From an uncultured Candidatus Saccharibacteria bacterium (GTDB lineage Bacteria > Patescibacteriota > Minisyncoccia > Phycocordibacterales > Phycocordibacteraceae): a DNA stretch of 34,232 nt. The stretch covers positions 8,599 to 42,830 of the forward strand of contig CAYQJR010000001.1 in NCBI GenBank assembly GCA_964418065.1. Reading direction: 5' to 3'. The position numbers and the translations under genes were made by a program. This document shows positions 22,026 through 31,142 of this stretch, piece by piece. Each line of letters begins with the position of its first letter. Position 1 is the first letter of the stretch. The notes below the pieces were generated by a model. The model was not told where the DNA came from. It ran no database searches and saw only the letters and a program-made list of their open reading frames with translations.

Positions 22026-23679
22026 GGCGCACGAGACGGATGGTCTCAAACGAATGGCGGCCATTGAACGCATGGAAGATGGGCGAGAGTTTCTCGCCCG
22101 TCGCGCCCGCGAGCGCCTCGTGTATCTCGTCCACAATATCAATCGGTACAAGATGCGCGAAGTCTGTGCGGGTGAGCTTCCCTACTTCGGCAAGCTCTTC
22201 CAGATGCTTCACGATGGTGGAGGCAACAAGTCCTCGCGCCTTTATAGCTTCCTTCAAGCTCTTGGAGTCCCGCACCGTCTGCAGAGTCTCTGCTAATCTG
22301 CCAGGCAACCCAGGTTCGCGATGCCTATCGCCTTGAGCGTATTGGGTAAGCGTGGGGTCAAGCCATGCGCCGCCCATCGCTTTGACGAATTTCTTCTGCA
22401 TGTCGACTACCTCGTCCGAGGGCATCTGGGCGAACGCGTCCCGCGCCGCTTCTGAAGCGGCGCGAAAATCCTTGTCTTTCTCCAGAATCTCCGGATGCAC
22501 CTCAAGCGCCCGCTGGTTCAGACCCGTGAGATATACCCCGCTCAAGCGGCGCACGCGCGAGAGCGCAACATATCCCTGCCCATATTCAAAGGCCTTGGAG
22601 AGGTCCATAATCGCCGCGTCCATGCTCATCCCCTGACTCTTGTGCACCGTCATCGCGTAGGCGAGCCGTAGTGGTATCTGCGATATGCTCGCCTTCACCT
22701 TCCCCTGCTCTTCAAGGTTCCAATCCATGGGTTCAATCGACATTTGGAGGCCTTCTTTCGTCTTTACAATCGGTAGCCCTTCCGAATCGAAACTCGTGAT
22801 GGTTCCCAATGTTCCGTTGACAAACTTCCCTTGCATGGAATTTTTGGTGAACATAACCACCGCGCCTTCCTTCAGCTCAAGTGTCTCGGGCGAAAGACAG
22901 CCGCGCTTGAGTCCTTCCACAAGCGAATCTTTGCCTTTAGAAGTCATTCTGAACTTCGCAACCTTGCCCGGAAGCTTCGCGAGCTCATCCGCATTGATAC
23001 GGTCAACATCCGCGTTATGCGAGAAAAGCTTCGGTGCGTCAACGGGGAGATCTCGAGAGTCGGTACGGCGCCGCAGTAACTCTTCATGGTGCATCGTCTC
23101 CACTTCACCCGAGCGTATCGCTGAGAGTACGCCGAGGAATTCTGTATCATCTTGCCGATACTGTTCCGTGAGATAGCAGGTAATGAGATTCAAATCGCGC
23201 CACGTCTTTGAGGTATAGGCGAACGCAATGTCGCGAGCGCGTGAGACTGGCGGGAGTTGGAAGAAGTCCCCCACGAGAATCACAGTCAGCCCGCCAAAGG
23301 GCAAATCCACACGCCGCACTTCGCGGCAGACCGCATCCGCCATCTCCAAGGTTGAGGCGGAGAGCATTGAGATTTCTTCTATAATGAGCACCTTCGCTTT
23401 CTGGATGCGCTTCGCGATGTGCTCCTTGCTCGCGATGCGATCAACATCGGCTCGAGAGAGCGATTCGTTGATACCAATCCCGCTCCACGAATGGAGCGTC
23501 ATCCCCGCGACATGCGTCGCGGCGATACCGGTCGCCGCCGTCACCGAGGGTTCAATGCCCGAAGCGCGCAGCCACGCGATAAATTCATTTATCGTGTGCG
23601 TCTTGCCGCTCCCCGGCTCGCCGGTCAGGTATACATTTGCACCTGTCTTCAGTATCGTAAGCGCCTCGCCTTGCGTCAT
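22012..23679 (-). CDS. Pif1/RecD-family ATP-dependent DNA helicase with a C-terminal HTH-like domain
   Basis: Walker A is TGEPGSGKT and the Walker B-like motif is LIIEEISM. Also GDFFQLPPV, QYRQ, and AMTVHKSQGMSMD...YVALSRVR. ~130-aa helical C-terminal extension. Confidence 0.85.
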   Translation of the reverse strand: MTQGEALTILKTGANVYLTGEPGSGKTHTINEFIAWLRASGIEPSVTAATGIAATHVAGMTLHSWSGIGINESLSRADVDRIASKEHIAKRIQKAKVLIIEEISMLSASTLEMADAVCREVRRVDLPFGGLTVILVGDFFQLPPVSRARDIAFAYTSKTWRDLNLITCYLTEQYRQDDTEFLGVLSAIRSGEVETMHHEELLRRRTDSRDLPVDAPKLFSHNADVDRINADELAKLPGKVAKFRMTSKGKDSLVEGLKRGCLSPETLELKEGAVVMFTKNSMQGKFVNGTLGTITSFDSEGLPIVKTKEGLQMSIEPMDWNLEEQGKVKASISQIPLRLAYAMTVHKSQGMSMDAAIMDLSKAFEYGQGYVALSRVRRLSGVYLTGLNQRALEVHPEILEKDKDFRAASEAARDAFAQMPSDEVVDMQKKFVKAMGGAWLDPTLTQYAQGDRHREPGLPGRLAETLQTVRDSKSLKEAIKARGLVASTIVKHLEELAEVGKLTRTDFAHLVPIDIVDEIHEALAGATGEKLSPIFHAFNGRHSFETIRLVRLMRH

Positions 23680-23688
23680 AGACGCGAA

Positions 23689-24042
23689 TTATACCTCACC
23701 AGTATCAATATGGTATTTCTCGGCAAGCTCGCGCAACCTCTTTTCAAGAGAACGCTCTCCTTCAGCGTCAAATAGGTCATTGCTACCCTCAGGGCTACTC
23801 CCGATAATGTAATGATAGAGACGATACCGTTTTGCTTCTTCCGGATCCTTGAATTGGCCAGGGAACGAGTGCTGCAGCGCGACGACTTCTTCTAGCAAAG
23901 AGTGTTCTAGGTCGCTATACGCAACCCGAAGGATTGTGCGTGACAGGTCCATAATGGACTTACGCGCCGGGTCGGCCTCGTCCTGCCTCTGTAACGCAAG
24001 ACCAGCCTCGAAGGAGGGGTTGCGCGGGGCCGATTCGCTCAT
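23689..24042 (-). CDS. Hypothetical acidic protein directly upstream of the helicase gene (GTG alternative start at 24069)
   Basis: Stop is 9 nt before the Pif1 ATG. TATACT box sits 10 nt upstream of ATG 24042. No family recognised. Confidence 0.45.
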   Translation of the reverse strand: MSESAPRNPSFEAGLALQRQDEADPARKSIMDLSRTILRVAYSDLEHSLLEEVVALQHSFPGQFKDPEEAKRYRLYHYIIGSSPEGSNDLFDAEGERSLEKRLRELAEKYHIDTGEV

Positions 24043-24081
24043 ACGTGCGGAGAGTATATCAGATTCCACCCCGCCATTACA

Positions 24082-24351
24082 TCAGCCGCGATGAAGCCAA
24101 TTCCAGATATTCCCGAAAACGTACCCGAGGATATAGCCGACGAGCGTGGCAATAAGGACGACCGTTACCGCCGCAGAAAGATCAAACGCCTGCACGACAG
24201 TCGGGGCGCTAACCATGTGCGCCCACATAGAGAAATTAACCAGCGCCTGCGCCCAGCCGAGCGCAACGAGAATAACCCAGACAAGATGCACTCCGCCAAA
24301 GAGTTTTCCGAGAGCGATACCGGTCTTAACAGGATTCATGTGTTGGTTCAT
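24082..24351 (-). CDS. Small membrane protein (2-3 TM helices)
   Basis: ATG at 24351 (the track start at 24423 is GTG). Hydrophobic segments are VHLVWVILVALGWAQALV and AAVTVVLIATLVGYILGYVF. Confidence 0.5.
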   Translation of the reverse strand: MNQHMNPVKTGIALGKLFGGVHLVWVILVALGWAQALVNFSMWAHMVSAPTVVQAFDLSAAVTVVLIATLVGYILGYVFGNIWNWLHRG

Positions 24352-24425
24352 ACAGATTTTTTTGTTATGAGTACTGCATTCATAATACCCTCGTTTTAGG
24401 AGACTGTCTGGCGCAAAATGCACAA

Positions 24426-25256
24426 CTAGCGGATTCCCGTATCACAAGAGATGTCTGCGGTGATGTATCCGACCGTTGGGACAACAGCATCTATGGGACT
24501 ACAGCTTGGGAATACGGTACCGCCTCCTGCAGTAATCGTGTAGGAACCCGGCGGAAGAGAGAGGGTAAACACGCCAGTTGCGTCAGACTTTCCTGAGGCA
24601 ACTATCGTGCTTGATCCTGCACGACGCACGACTATCGTTGTTGCATACCCTTTGTCTGCGCACTCTGGGTCGGGCGGGTCGCGCATCACTGGGCAAGTGG
24701 GCCCGAGCATGACTGTCCCGCGCACGCCGGAGACGGATGCTGGGACGCTCTCAGTGCGCTTCGCAACTTCAAATTGGAAGACGTAGTCGCCCTCGGGTAT
24801 CGTGACTCCTGCTGTCGGCGAGGGGAAGACCTCCTTGAGCGTAATCATCTCCGCCTCGGTTGTTATCGGCTCGCCGAGCGTAAATTCCTGTGTCGCGGTG
24901 CCCAGTCCGCTCGAGAGACGAGCAGTGAGCTTCACCGTGCCAGCCCAGATACATTGCACGCCCGCAGGACACCGGCTGTCTTGAAGCACCGTAAGCGGAG
25001 TGATGCTCACGTCGAGTGCGCTGACTTGCTGTCCGATGGATGCCCTGAGTGCAGTCGGGCCGCTATCTGGGGGACATTCGCTGAACTCGCAGTTCGGCCC
25101 TGTGCGCCCAACATACGAGCCGTCGGAACAGAGCTTCGCGTCCATCGTGCATACTGTCCCGCCACCCCCTGGCGCTACTACGGTCCGCGTATTGGCCACC
25201 CATAGTCCGCCAAGCACAACGAGCACTCCCACGCCCATGAGCCAGTATTGTTTCAT
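24426..25256 (-). CDS. Secreted/anchored hypothetical protein with an N-terminal Cys-rich module and a C-terminal CarboxypepD_reg-like beta-sandwich
   Basis: ATG at 25256 with TM/signal peptide. CTMDAKLCSDGSYVGRTGPNCEFSECP. The C-terminal part GVFTLSLPPGSYTITA is typical of carboxypeptidase-regulatory-like domains. Confidence 0.55.
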   Translation of the reverse strand: MKQYWLMGVGVLVVLGGLWVANTRTVVAPGGGGTVCTMDAKLCSDGSYVGRTGPNCEFSECPPDSGPTALRASIGQQVSALDVSITPLTVLQDSRCPAGVQCIWAGTVKLTARLSSGLGTATQEFTLGEPITTEAEMITLKEVFPSPTAGVTIPEGDYVFQFEVAKRTESVPASVSGVRGTVMLGPTCPVMRDPPDPECADKGYATTIVVRRAGSSTIVASGKSDATGVFTLSLPPGSYTITAGGGTVFPSCSPIDAVVPTVGYITADISCDTGIR

Positions 25257-25330
25257 CTCGGAAGCATACCAGAATACAACGACCTGCGTTGACCTCTGTA
25301 ACAAAAGCGCTTCTCGTACGACATACTATA

Positions 25331-25448
25331 TAGGTTGCGCAGGGGCGTAACCTACTGTTCTTAAACGTTTCTAGCGTACCGTAAATAAACGCTGAACCTG
25401 GTAGTTACGCCGGCAGAGGAAACACCCTTATGGGGTGTTTGCCTTTTT
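25331..25448 (+). promoter_or_regulatory. Structured 5' leader with an intrinsic terminator (candidate attenuator/riboswitch or small RNA) upstream of the FAD-oxidase gene
   Basis: Competing pairings: TAGGTT(25331-36)/AACCTA(25349-54) versus GGCGTAAC(25344-51)/GTTACGCC(25404-11). Inner hairpin is AGCGT(25373-77)/ACGCT(25389-93). Terminator is AAACACCC-ttatg-GGGTGTTT followed by GCCTTTTTA (25420-25448). Confidence 0.4.
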
Positions 25449-25506
25449 ATACTGCAATTTGTGTACAGACGCAGCAAGGACGGGCTTGAGAGTTATACTG
25501 GAGAGG

Positions 25507-27171
25507 ATGGGAACAGTTGATTTGAAAAAGGGGTTGGCGAAGGTAGTGCGGGGGGAGGTGAGTGATGACGCGGCGACGCTCGCGAAGCTCTCGCATGACA
25601 CATCGCTCTTTATGCGGATACCCACGCTTGTCGTGTATCCGAAAGACGCGAAGGATGTGAGTGCGGTTGTGAAGGAGGTTGGGCGCGCTTGCGCGGCGGG
25701 CGCGAATGTTTCGCTTGCGGCGCGCGCCGCAGGCACCGACATGTCGGGCGGTCCCCTGACTACGGGAGTTGTAGTCTCCTTCACCGAGCATATGAACAAG
25801 GTCTTAGAGGTCGGTACCGGCTATGCGGTGACAGAACCGGGCGTATTTTATAGGGATTTTGAGAGGGAGACGCTGAAAAAGGGTTTGATACTTCCCTCCT
25901 ACCCCGCCAGCCGCGAAATAGCGGCGATGGGCGGCATCGTCTCTAATAATTCTGGCGGAGAGCGCACGCTGAAATACGGCAAGACTGAAAAGTATGTAGA
26001 AGAAGTTGATGTCGTCCTCTCTGACGGCTCACAAGCGACCTTCAAATCGCTCGTACCCGAAGAACTGGAGGAGAAGAAGAAACTCCAGACGCTTGAAGGA
26101 GAGATTTATCGCACGATGGATGCGCTCCTTGTGAAGAATGCCGCGCTGATTGAGGCGAAACGGCCGAAGGTGTCTAAGAATTCTGCCGGCTACGCGCTCT
26201 GGAGTATTCGCGACCACCGTACCGGTTCATTCAACCTCGCGAAGCTTATCTGCGGCTCGCAAGGAACGCTCGCGCTCTGGACGAAAGCGAAGCTCTCGCT
26301 TGTGAAGCCGAAGGAGCACCGCGCGATGCTCGTCATATTCCTCTCCGACCTCAACATTCTCGCCGAGATAGTGGATCGCGTCCTGCCCCAGAACCCCGAA
26401 TCATTTGAGAGCTTCGACGACCATACCTTCAGGCTCGCCGTGAAGCTCATCCCCGGGATGCTCGCTCAGATGGGATTCATTAAAGCGGCAAAGCTTGGTA
26501 TCGATTTCATCCCCGAAGCGCTCATGGTTGCCACCGGCGGCGTCCCCAAATTACTCCTGATGATTGAATTTGCCGAGGATACGATAGAAGAGGCGGATAG
26601 GAAGGCGCTCGCGACCCAAGCGGCACTCGCTGATCTGAACCTACAAACGAAAATTGAGAAAAATGAAGAAGAATCCGAGAAATATTGGATTGTTCGCCGC
26701 GAAAGCTTCAATCTCCTGCGTAAGAATGTGCATGGCCTCCACACCGCACCCTTCATAGACGACTTCGTCGTACCGCCCGCTTGTTACGCAGAATTCCTCC
26801 CGAAGTTAAACGCGCTTCTCGCTGAATATTCATCGCATTTTATCTACACGGTCGCAGGCCACATCGGGGACGGCAACTTCCACATCATTCCGCTTATGGA
26901 TCTCTCCAAGGAGGAGAACCGGCAAGTCATCCTGGACCTCGCCCCCAAGGTCTACGACCTCGTTATCAAAGAGGGCGGCACGACCACCGGCGAACATAAT
27001 GACGGCATTATCCGCACACCGTACCTCACGATGCTATTTGGCCCAGAGATGGTGGCACTCTTTGAAGCGACGAAGAAAGTATTTGATCCGCAGAATATTC
27101 TTAACCCCGGTAAGAAAGTGGGCGGCACCTTTGAAGACATTAAGCGCGACTTGATAAAAACGACATTATAA
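25507..27171 (+). CDS. FAD-linked oxidase (GlcD / D-lactate dehydrogenase family)
   Basis: ATG at 25507 preceded by GGAGAGG. FAD_binding_4 pattern P.LVVYPKDAKDVSAVVK...AARAAGTDMSGG...GGIVSNNSGGERTLKYG. C-terminal part is GHIGDGNFH...GGTTTGEHNDG. Confidence 0.8.
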   Translation: MGTVDLKKGLAKVVRGEVSDDAATLAKLSHDTSLFMRIPTLVVYPKDAKDVSAVVKEVGRACAAGANVSLAARAAGTDMSGGPLTTGVVVSFTEHMNKVLEVGTGYAVTEPGVFYRDFERETLKKGLILPSYPASREIAAMGGIVSNNSGGERTLKYGKTEKYVEEVDVVLSDGSQATFKSLVPEELEEKKKLQTLEGEIYRTMDALLVKNAALIEAKRPKVSKNSAGYALWSIRDHRTGSFNLAKLICGSQGTLALWTKAKLSLVKPKEHRAMLVIFLSDLNILAEIVDRVLPQNPESFESFDDHTFRLAVKLIPGMLAQMGFIKAAKLGIDFIPEALMVATGGVPKLLLMIEFAEDTIEEADRKALATQAALADLNLQTKIEKNEEESEKYWIVRRESFNLLRKNVHGLHTAPFIDDFVVPPACYAEFLPKLNALLAEYSSHFIYTVAGHIGDGNFHIIPLMDLSKEENRQVILDLAPKVYDLVIKEGGTTTGEHNDGIIRTPYLTMLFGPEMVALFEATKKVFDPQNILNPGKKVGGTFEDIKRDLIKTTL

Positions 27172-27183
27172 TTATAAAAGATG

Positions 27184-27206
27184 AGAGCGCCTCCCCGAGG
27201 CGCTCT
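27184..27206. terminator. Bidirectional hairpin between convergent genes
   Basis: AGAGCGCCTC-ccc-GAGGCGCTCT. There is a T-rich flank on the minus-strand side (ATCTTTTATAAT). Confidence 0.6.
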
Positions 27207-27225
27207 TGTCGTAGAACTAGAGGAA

Positions 27226-27672
27226 CTAGAAATTCATGCGGCCGAGCACGCGCAATTCGCTAATCACGCGCTCTCTCCCGCGAAATGACGGTGCCGACAA
27301 GTGCACGTAGTGCCGACCGTCATTGCGAGTGTGAAGCACTGGAAATTTCGGCAACTGCATCATCATCGCGAGGACCCGGTTGGTCTCGACAAGCGCTTCG
27401 CGGACGAAGACGTGATCATCTTCGCTCGTACCCGAGTGCTCGCAGTTGTCGCAGGCATCGGATCGCTGAGTGCAGTCGTTACATCCTGTCGACTTGGCGA
27501 CGATGTCCTGCCTGATTGCAGAATACCCGACGAGTTCAACCGGATCCGGCGACTCGTCAGCGTCGGAACGGCGTATGGGTAAAGGTACCCCCGCCCATAC
27601 GAGAATGCTTCTCCTTGCTTTGGTTTCAGCCTCCTGCGCCGCACTTAGTGCGGTTACCCCCGTCTTTTTCAT
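27226..27672 (-). CDS. Hypothetical protein with a CxxC-x6-CxxC cluster
   Basis: ATG at 27672 preceded by AGAGGAAAG (SD-like), with TATAAT (27698-27703, minus strand) further upstream. CNDCTQRSDACDNC is a possible zinc-binding site. Confidence 0.5.
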   Translation of the reverse strand: MKKTGVTALSAAQEAETKARRSILVWAGVPLPIRRSDADESPDPVELVGYSAIRQDIVAKSTGCNDCTQRSDACDNCEHSGTSEDDHVFVREALVETNRVLAMMMQLPKFPVLHTRNDGRHYVHLSAPSFRGRERVISELRVLGRMNF

Positions 27673-27848
27673 TGGCTTTCCTCTTTTGTGGGACTGTATT
27701 ATAAGGAGCAAATTGTCCATCGAGAGTCTCTTGCCGAAGCATTTGACATTCGATAAATGTATCCTACAACATTTCTTTAAGGATAGCAAGCGTTATCAAC
27801 AGTCCGCGTACATTGCCGCCTGCGGGATTGTCTTGTATCTTTCGTCGT

Positions 27849-27935
27849 ATGAAACGCGCCTTCGCCATTATCATCGTTGTTCTTCTTGCCATCGGGATGA
27901 TTGCCACTCTGTTCCCCGCCTTTGGGTCCTTCTAG
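27849..27935 (+). CDS. Possible 28-aa hydrophobic micropeptide
   Basis: MKRAFAIIIVVLLAIGMIATLFPAFGSF (a single TM helix), ATG..TAG. No SD; below the track cutoff. Confidence 0.2.
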   Translation: MKRAFAIIIVVLLAIGMIATLFPAFGSF

Positions 27936-27939
27936 TGAG

Positions 27940-28890
27940 CTACGGCGCGGCGAGATAGACGCTCGCGGCCTGGCTATCGGCAGGCAATTGTACCGACCCT
28001 GCGAGCGAAGCGCCCGTGAGCATCGCTCCGATAATAGTGAGGAGCATGAATGCACCGCCGACGATGACACTCGGATGATACACCTTATTGCGCATAAAAA
28101 GAGCTGTCATAAACGGGATTGAGACGATGAGGAAAAGGATTGAGAGAACGGCGAGAAGCGTAGAGAGCGGGGACGCAAGCAGAGCGGCAAACCATCCGCT
28201 CTTCGCAGGGACAGCGCTCGCCGTTGACACCGTCTCACTGCCAAGCACCTGTGTCGGTGTAATCGTCGCTATTGCCACCGGCGAGGGTTCTGCGACTGCA
28301 ACAGGAGCGGGAGCGGGAGCAGTCACGGGCACGGCAGGCTTCGCGAAGAACTCAACAACAAAGACTGTTTCCCTCCCTCCGTACACCCCATGTGCCGTGC
28401 CGAATCCCACTTCGGTGTACTCTCGCTTGATGATATTTGCGCGGTGAGTCGGGGAGGCCATCCACGCCGCCTCCACAGCCTCGGAGTCGGTGAAATTGAC
28501 TGCGAGATTCTGGCCTGCATAACTGTAGCGGTACCCAGCCCGATTGAGCCAGTACCACGGCAACTTCCCATCGGGCGAAACGTGAGAGAAGTACCCCTTG
28601 CTTGCCATATCCTCTGCGGCCGCCTGTGCCGCTCTGCTTAGAATCGCGTTCTGGGTAACTCCCGGGAGACCGTGAGCACTACGGTCTTTGTTGGTGAGCG
28701 CGACGAGCGCGCCCGGCAGGACTGACGCGAGAAAATCGGTCTTGAGGAACACAAACTTCGTCTGTACCAGATATCCCGTCTCAAAGACGATGACCGCGAG
28801 GACGAGTACCGCGACCGACGTCGCGCTGAAGATGTGCGGGCGGTGATTATTGCGCGGATGGGGGAAGAGATAATCCAGGAGGTGGTGCAT
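27940..28890 (-). CDS. Membrane-bound CAP/SCP domain protein (paralog of 1770..2315)
   Basis: ATG at 28890 (MHHLLDYLFPHPRNNHRPHIF); the GTG alternative is at 28956. TM helix, then CAP pattern LTNKDRSAHGLP...AAQAAAEDMASKGYFSHVSPDG...GQNLAVNF...AWMASPTHRANI, then a PAPAPV linker and 3 C-terminal TM helices. Confidence 0.75.
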   Translation of the reverse strand: MHHLLDYLFPHPRNNHRPHIFSATSVAVLVLAVIVFETGYLVQTKFVFLKTDFLASVLPGALVALTNKDRSAHGLPGVTQNAILSRAAQAAAEDMASKGYFSHVSPDGKLPWYWLNRAGYRYSYAGQNLAVNFTDSEAVEAAWMASPTHRANIIKREYTEVGFGTAHGVYGGRETVFVVEFFAKPAVPVTAPAPAPVAVAEPSPVAIATITPTQVLGSETVSTASAVPAKSGWFAALLASPLSTLLAVLSILFLIVSIPFMTALFMRNKVYHPSVIVGGAFMLLTIIGAMLTGASLAGSVQLPADSQAASVYLAAP

Positions 28891-29082
28891 ACAGCGGATA
28901 ACGAAATTGTTCCTTCGTCTATCCCTGTTGTCAAGGACTCTGCGCACTATCCCCACCCCATTGCGTTATTGGCATATTTCTGTCATATTAATGGTAACTC
29001 GCAGAGTATTCGAGCTTCGCTCGGTCTTGATTGGCCGCAAGTGTTCAGTTTCGGCGAGGTTATTTAGTTAAGTCCAATATAC

Positions 29083-29448
29083 ATGGATCAGCCAGCAGGT
29101 GCAGTGCAGGGGAATAAGCTCTACGTGGGAGGTATTCCCTACCGCTCGACAGAAGACGATCTTAAGAAGGCCTTCGGTGAGGCTGGAAGCGTCGTGTCTG
29201 CGAGCATTATCAGTGACCGTATGACGGGCCGCTCACGCGGTTTCGGCTTCGTTGAAATGGCTTCCGAGGCGGAAGCACAGGCGGCGATTGACCGTTGGGA
29301 CGGCAAGGAGATGGACGGGCGCACGCTCTCCGTATCCTTCGCCCGCCCGCAGGGCGATCGTCCTCCTCGCCGTGAAGGCGGTTTCGGGGGCGGTGACCGA
29401 GGCGGTTACGGCGGTGGCCAGGGTGGCTACGGTCGAGGCGGATACTAA
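29083..29448 (+). CDS. RRM-type RNA-binding protein with a Gly/Arg/Tyr-rich tail
   Basis: RNP2 is LYVGGI and RNP1 is RGFGFVEM. The C-terminal tail is GGFGGGDRGGYGGGQGGYGRGGY. Confidence 0.88.
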   Translation: MDQPAGAVQGNKLYVGGIPYRSTEDDLKKAFGEAGSVVSASIISDRMTGRSRGFGFVEMASEAEAQAAIDRWDGKEMDGRTLSVSFARPQGDRPPRREGGFGGGDRGGYGGGQGGYGRGGY

Positions 29449-29460
29449 TCCTCCGTTTGA

Positions 29461-29500
29461 AACACAGACGCCCGCGCTTCGCGCGGGCGTCTGTGTTTGT
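29461..29500 (+). terminator. Rho-independent terminator of the RRM gene
   Basis: 17-bp stem AACACAGACGCCCGCGC-ttc-GCGCGGGCGTCTGTGTT followed by TGT. Confidence 0.75.
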
Positions 29501-29514
29501 GATAGCGTGTTCGT

Positions 29515-30297
29515 ATGACGCGCGATGAGAAGTGGCTATTGGAAGAGAAATATGACGGCCAAGAGACTAGAGAATATGCCGTGGACAAGAAGCGGCTCGC
29601 CAAAGGCGAGCCGCTGGCCTATGTCATCGGCTGGCAGCCGTTTCTCGGCCTCACCATCTACCTTGACTCCAAGCCGCTTATTCCCCGCCCCGAGACCGAG
29701 TGGTGGATGACGGAATTGCTGGCCGCTATGAGCAAACGGTCTGGCCGACCGAAGGGAGGAGATCCGAGGACCTTTGCGAGGAGTGGCCAGCAATTCCGAT
29801 TCCTCGATTTGTGTGCTGGAAGCGGCGCCATCGGTTGTGCTGCGCTAGAGAAACTCCCCGGTGCTCGCATCTACTTCGGCGAGATTGACCCCACGCATGA
29901 GAAGACTATTCTGAAGAATATCCGCGAGAATCATCTGGATGAGTCACGCGCCGAGGTGCGTATTGGCGATTTGTTTGAGCCGTTTGAGAACATGACATTT
30001 GATGTTATCGCGGTGAATCCGCCCTATGTCCCTGCCGACCGCGCACTCCCCGCGAGCGTCGTCCACCACGAGCCGTCTCTCGCGCTTACTGCGGGCGAGG
30101 ACGGTCTCAGCGTCATCCGTCGCATCGCGGCAATGCTCCCGAGACACTTCGCCAGAAACGGCGTGGCGTGGATTGAGTGCGACAGCGCGCACGCGGCTGC
30201 CGCGTGCGCGCTGTTCAGGGATCAAGGTCTCACCGCCGAGATACGCAACGACCAGTACGGTAAGCCGCGCATTATTGTTGTATCATTCCCTCAATGA
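29515..30297 (+). CDS. prmC: Release-factor glutamine N5-methyltransferase (HemK/PrmC)
   Basis: PLAYVIGWQPFLGL...LIPRPETE...LDLCAGSGAIG...VNPPYV...HEP..AL..GEDGL. Confidence 0.82.
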   Translation: MTRDEKWLLEEKYDGQETREYAVDKKRLAKGEPLAYVIGWQPFLGLTIYLDSKPLIPRPETEWWMTELLAAMSKRSGRPKGGDPRTFARSGQQFRFLDLCAGSGAIGCAALEKLPGARIYFGEIDPTHEKTILKNIRENHLDESRAEVRIGDLFEPFENMTFDVIAVNPPYVPADRALPASVVHHEPSLALTAGEDGLSVIRRIAAMLPRHFARNGVAWIECDSAHAAAACALFRDQGLTAEIRNDQYGKPRIIVVSFPQ

Positions 30298-30557
30298 CCG
30301 ATCAGCCGCTCCAGCCGTTCGCCCTGCCGACGGCCGCACTCCTGCCCTATCTGCCAAGCGGATTCTCGGCGGGTATGGTAGTGACCTGGTTGCTCTACGC
30401 TGTATTCGCCTTCTGGGCAATTTACACGCTCGTCGCCATCTACCACTGGCTTAAATATTCTCACGCATCGTGGGTCGCCTATCCGGCGATTGCCGCGCAC
30501 CTCTTCGTATCGTTCGCGATTGGTACCTACGCGCTCTTCGGTACCCGCATCATATGA
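30294..30557 (+). CDS. Small membrane protein (2 TM helices)
   Basis: ATGA overlap with the prmC stop. Hydrophobic segments are MVVTWLLYAVFAFWAIYTLVAIY and AIAAHLFVSFAIGTYALF. Confidence 0.55.
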   Translation: MTDQPLQPFALPTAALLPYLPSGFSAGMVVTWLLYAVFAFWAIYTLVAIYHWLKYSHASWVAYPAIAAHLFVSFAIGTYALFGTRII

Positions 30558-31093
30558 AAGAATTTGAACTTGAGCCGGGCGAACATGTGGTGATGCAGGT
30601 CCGGAAGCACTGGTTTCTCTTTCTTACCGGACTCCTACCCTACGCCATCCTGGCGGTTCTCCCCTTCGCGCTCCCCAAGTTACTTATGCTCGCGCCGCCG
30701 CTCGCGCTCTATGCGATAGCTTTTGACTTCACTACGCCGCTCGCCCGTGCACTACTCGGTGTCTGGCTCCTTATCGTGTGGACGAGCGCCTGGGGCGCCT
30801 TCACCCGCTATTTCCTCAATGTTTGGATACTCACGAGTCAGCGTATAGCCACCATAAAACAGCGCCGCTTCTTCGTGCGCGAAGTATCAAGTCTTCTTCT
30901 CACGCGCGTCCAAGACGTTACGAGCAATGTGAGCGGGGTACTGTCCTCCCTACTCGGCATCGGCGATATCAAGGTCCAGAGTGCGGGTGCAGAGGTGGAA
31001 TTCACTATGCGCGGTATCCCGCGGCCCGAACAAATGCGCAACCTTATCATCAAATATATTCCCGAGGAAGACGCTGAACCTCCCGGTGTATAG
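30554..31093 (+). CDS. Bacterial PH (bPH_2, YdbS/YdbT-like) domain membrane protein
   Basis: ATG at 30554 overlaps the previous stop (ATGA). EPGEHVVMQVRKHWF, two TM helices, then NVWILTSQRIATIKQR...SLLLTRVQDVT...GIGDIKVQSAG. Confidence 0.65.
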   Translation: MKEFELEPGEHVVMQVRKHWFLFLTGLLPYAILAVLPFALPKLLMLAPPLALYAIAFDFTTPLARALLGVWLLIVWTSAWGAFTRYFLNVWILTSQRIATIKQRRFFVREVSSLLLTRVQDVTSNVSGVLSSLLGIGDIKVQSAGAEVEFTMRGIPRPEQMRNLIIKYIPEEDAEPPGV

Positions 31094-31142
31094 AAATAGA
31101 CAAAGCCCCAGTATCGGGGCCTTGAGATGATCACCTCCCTTC

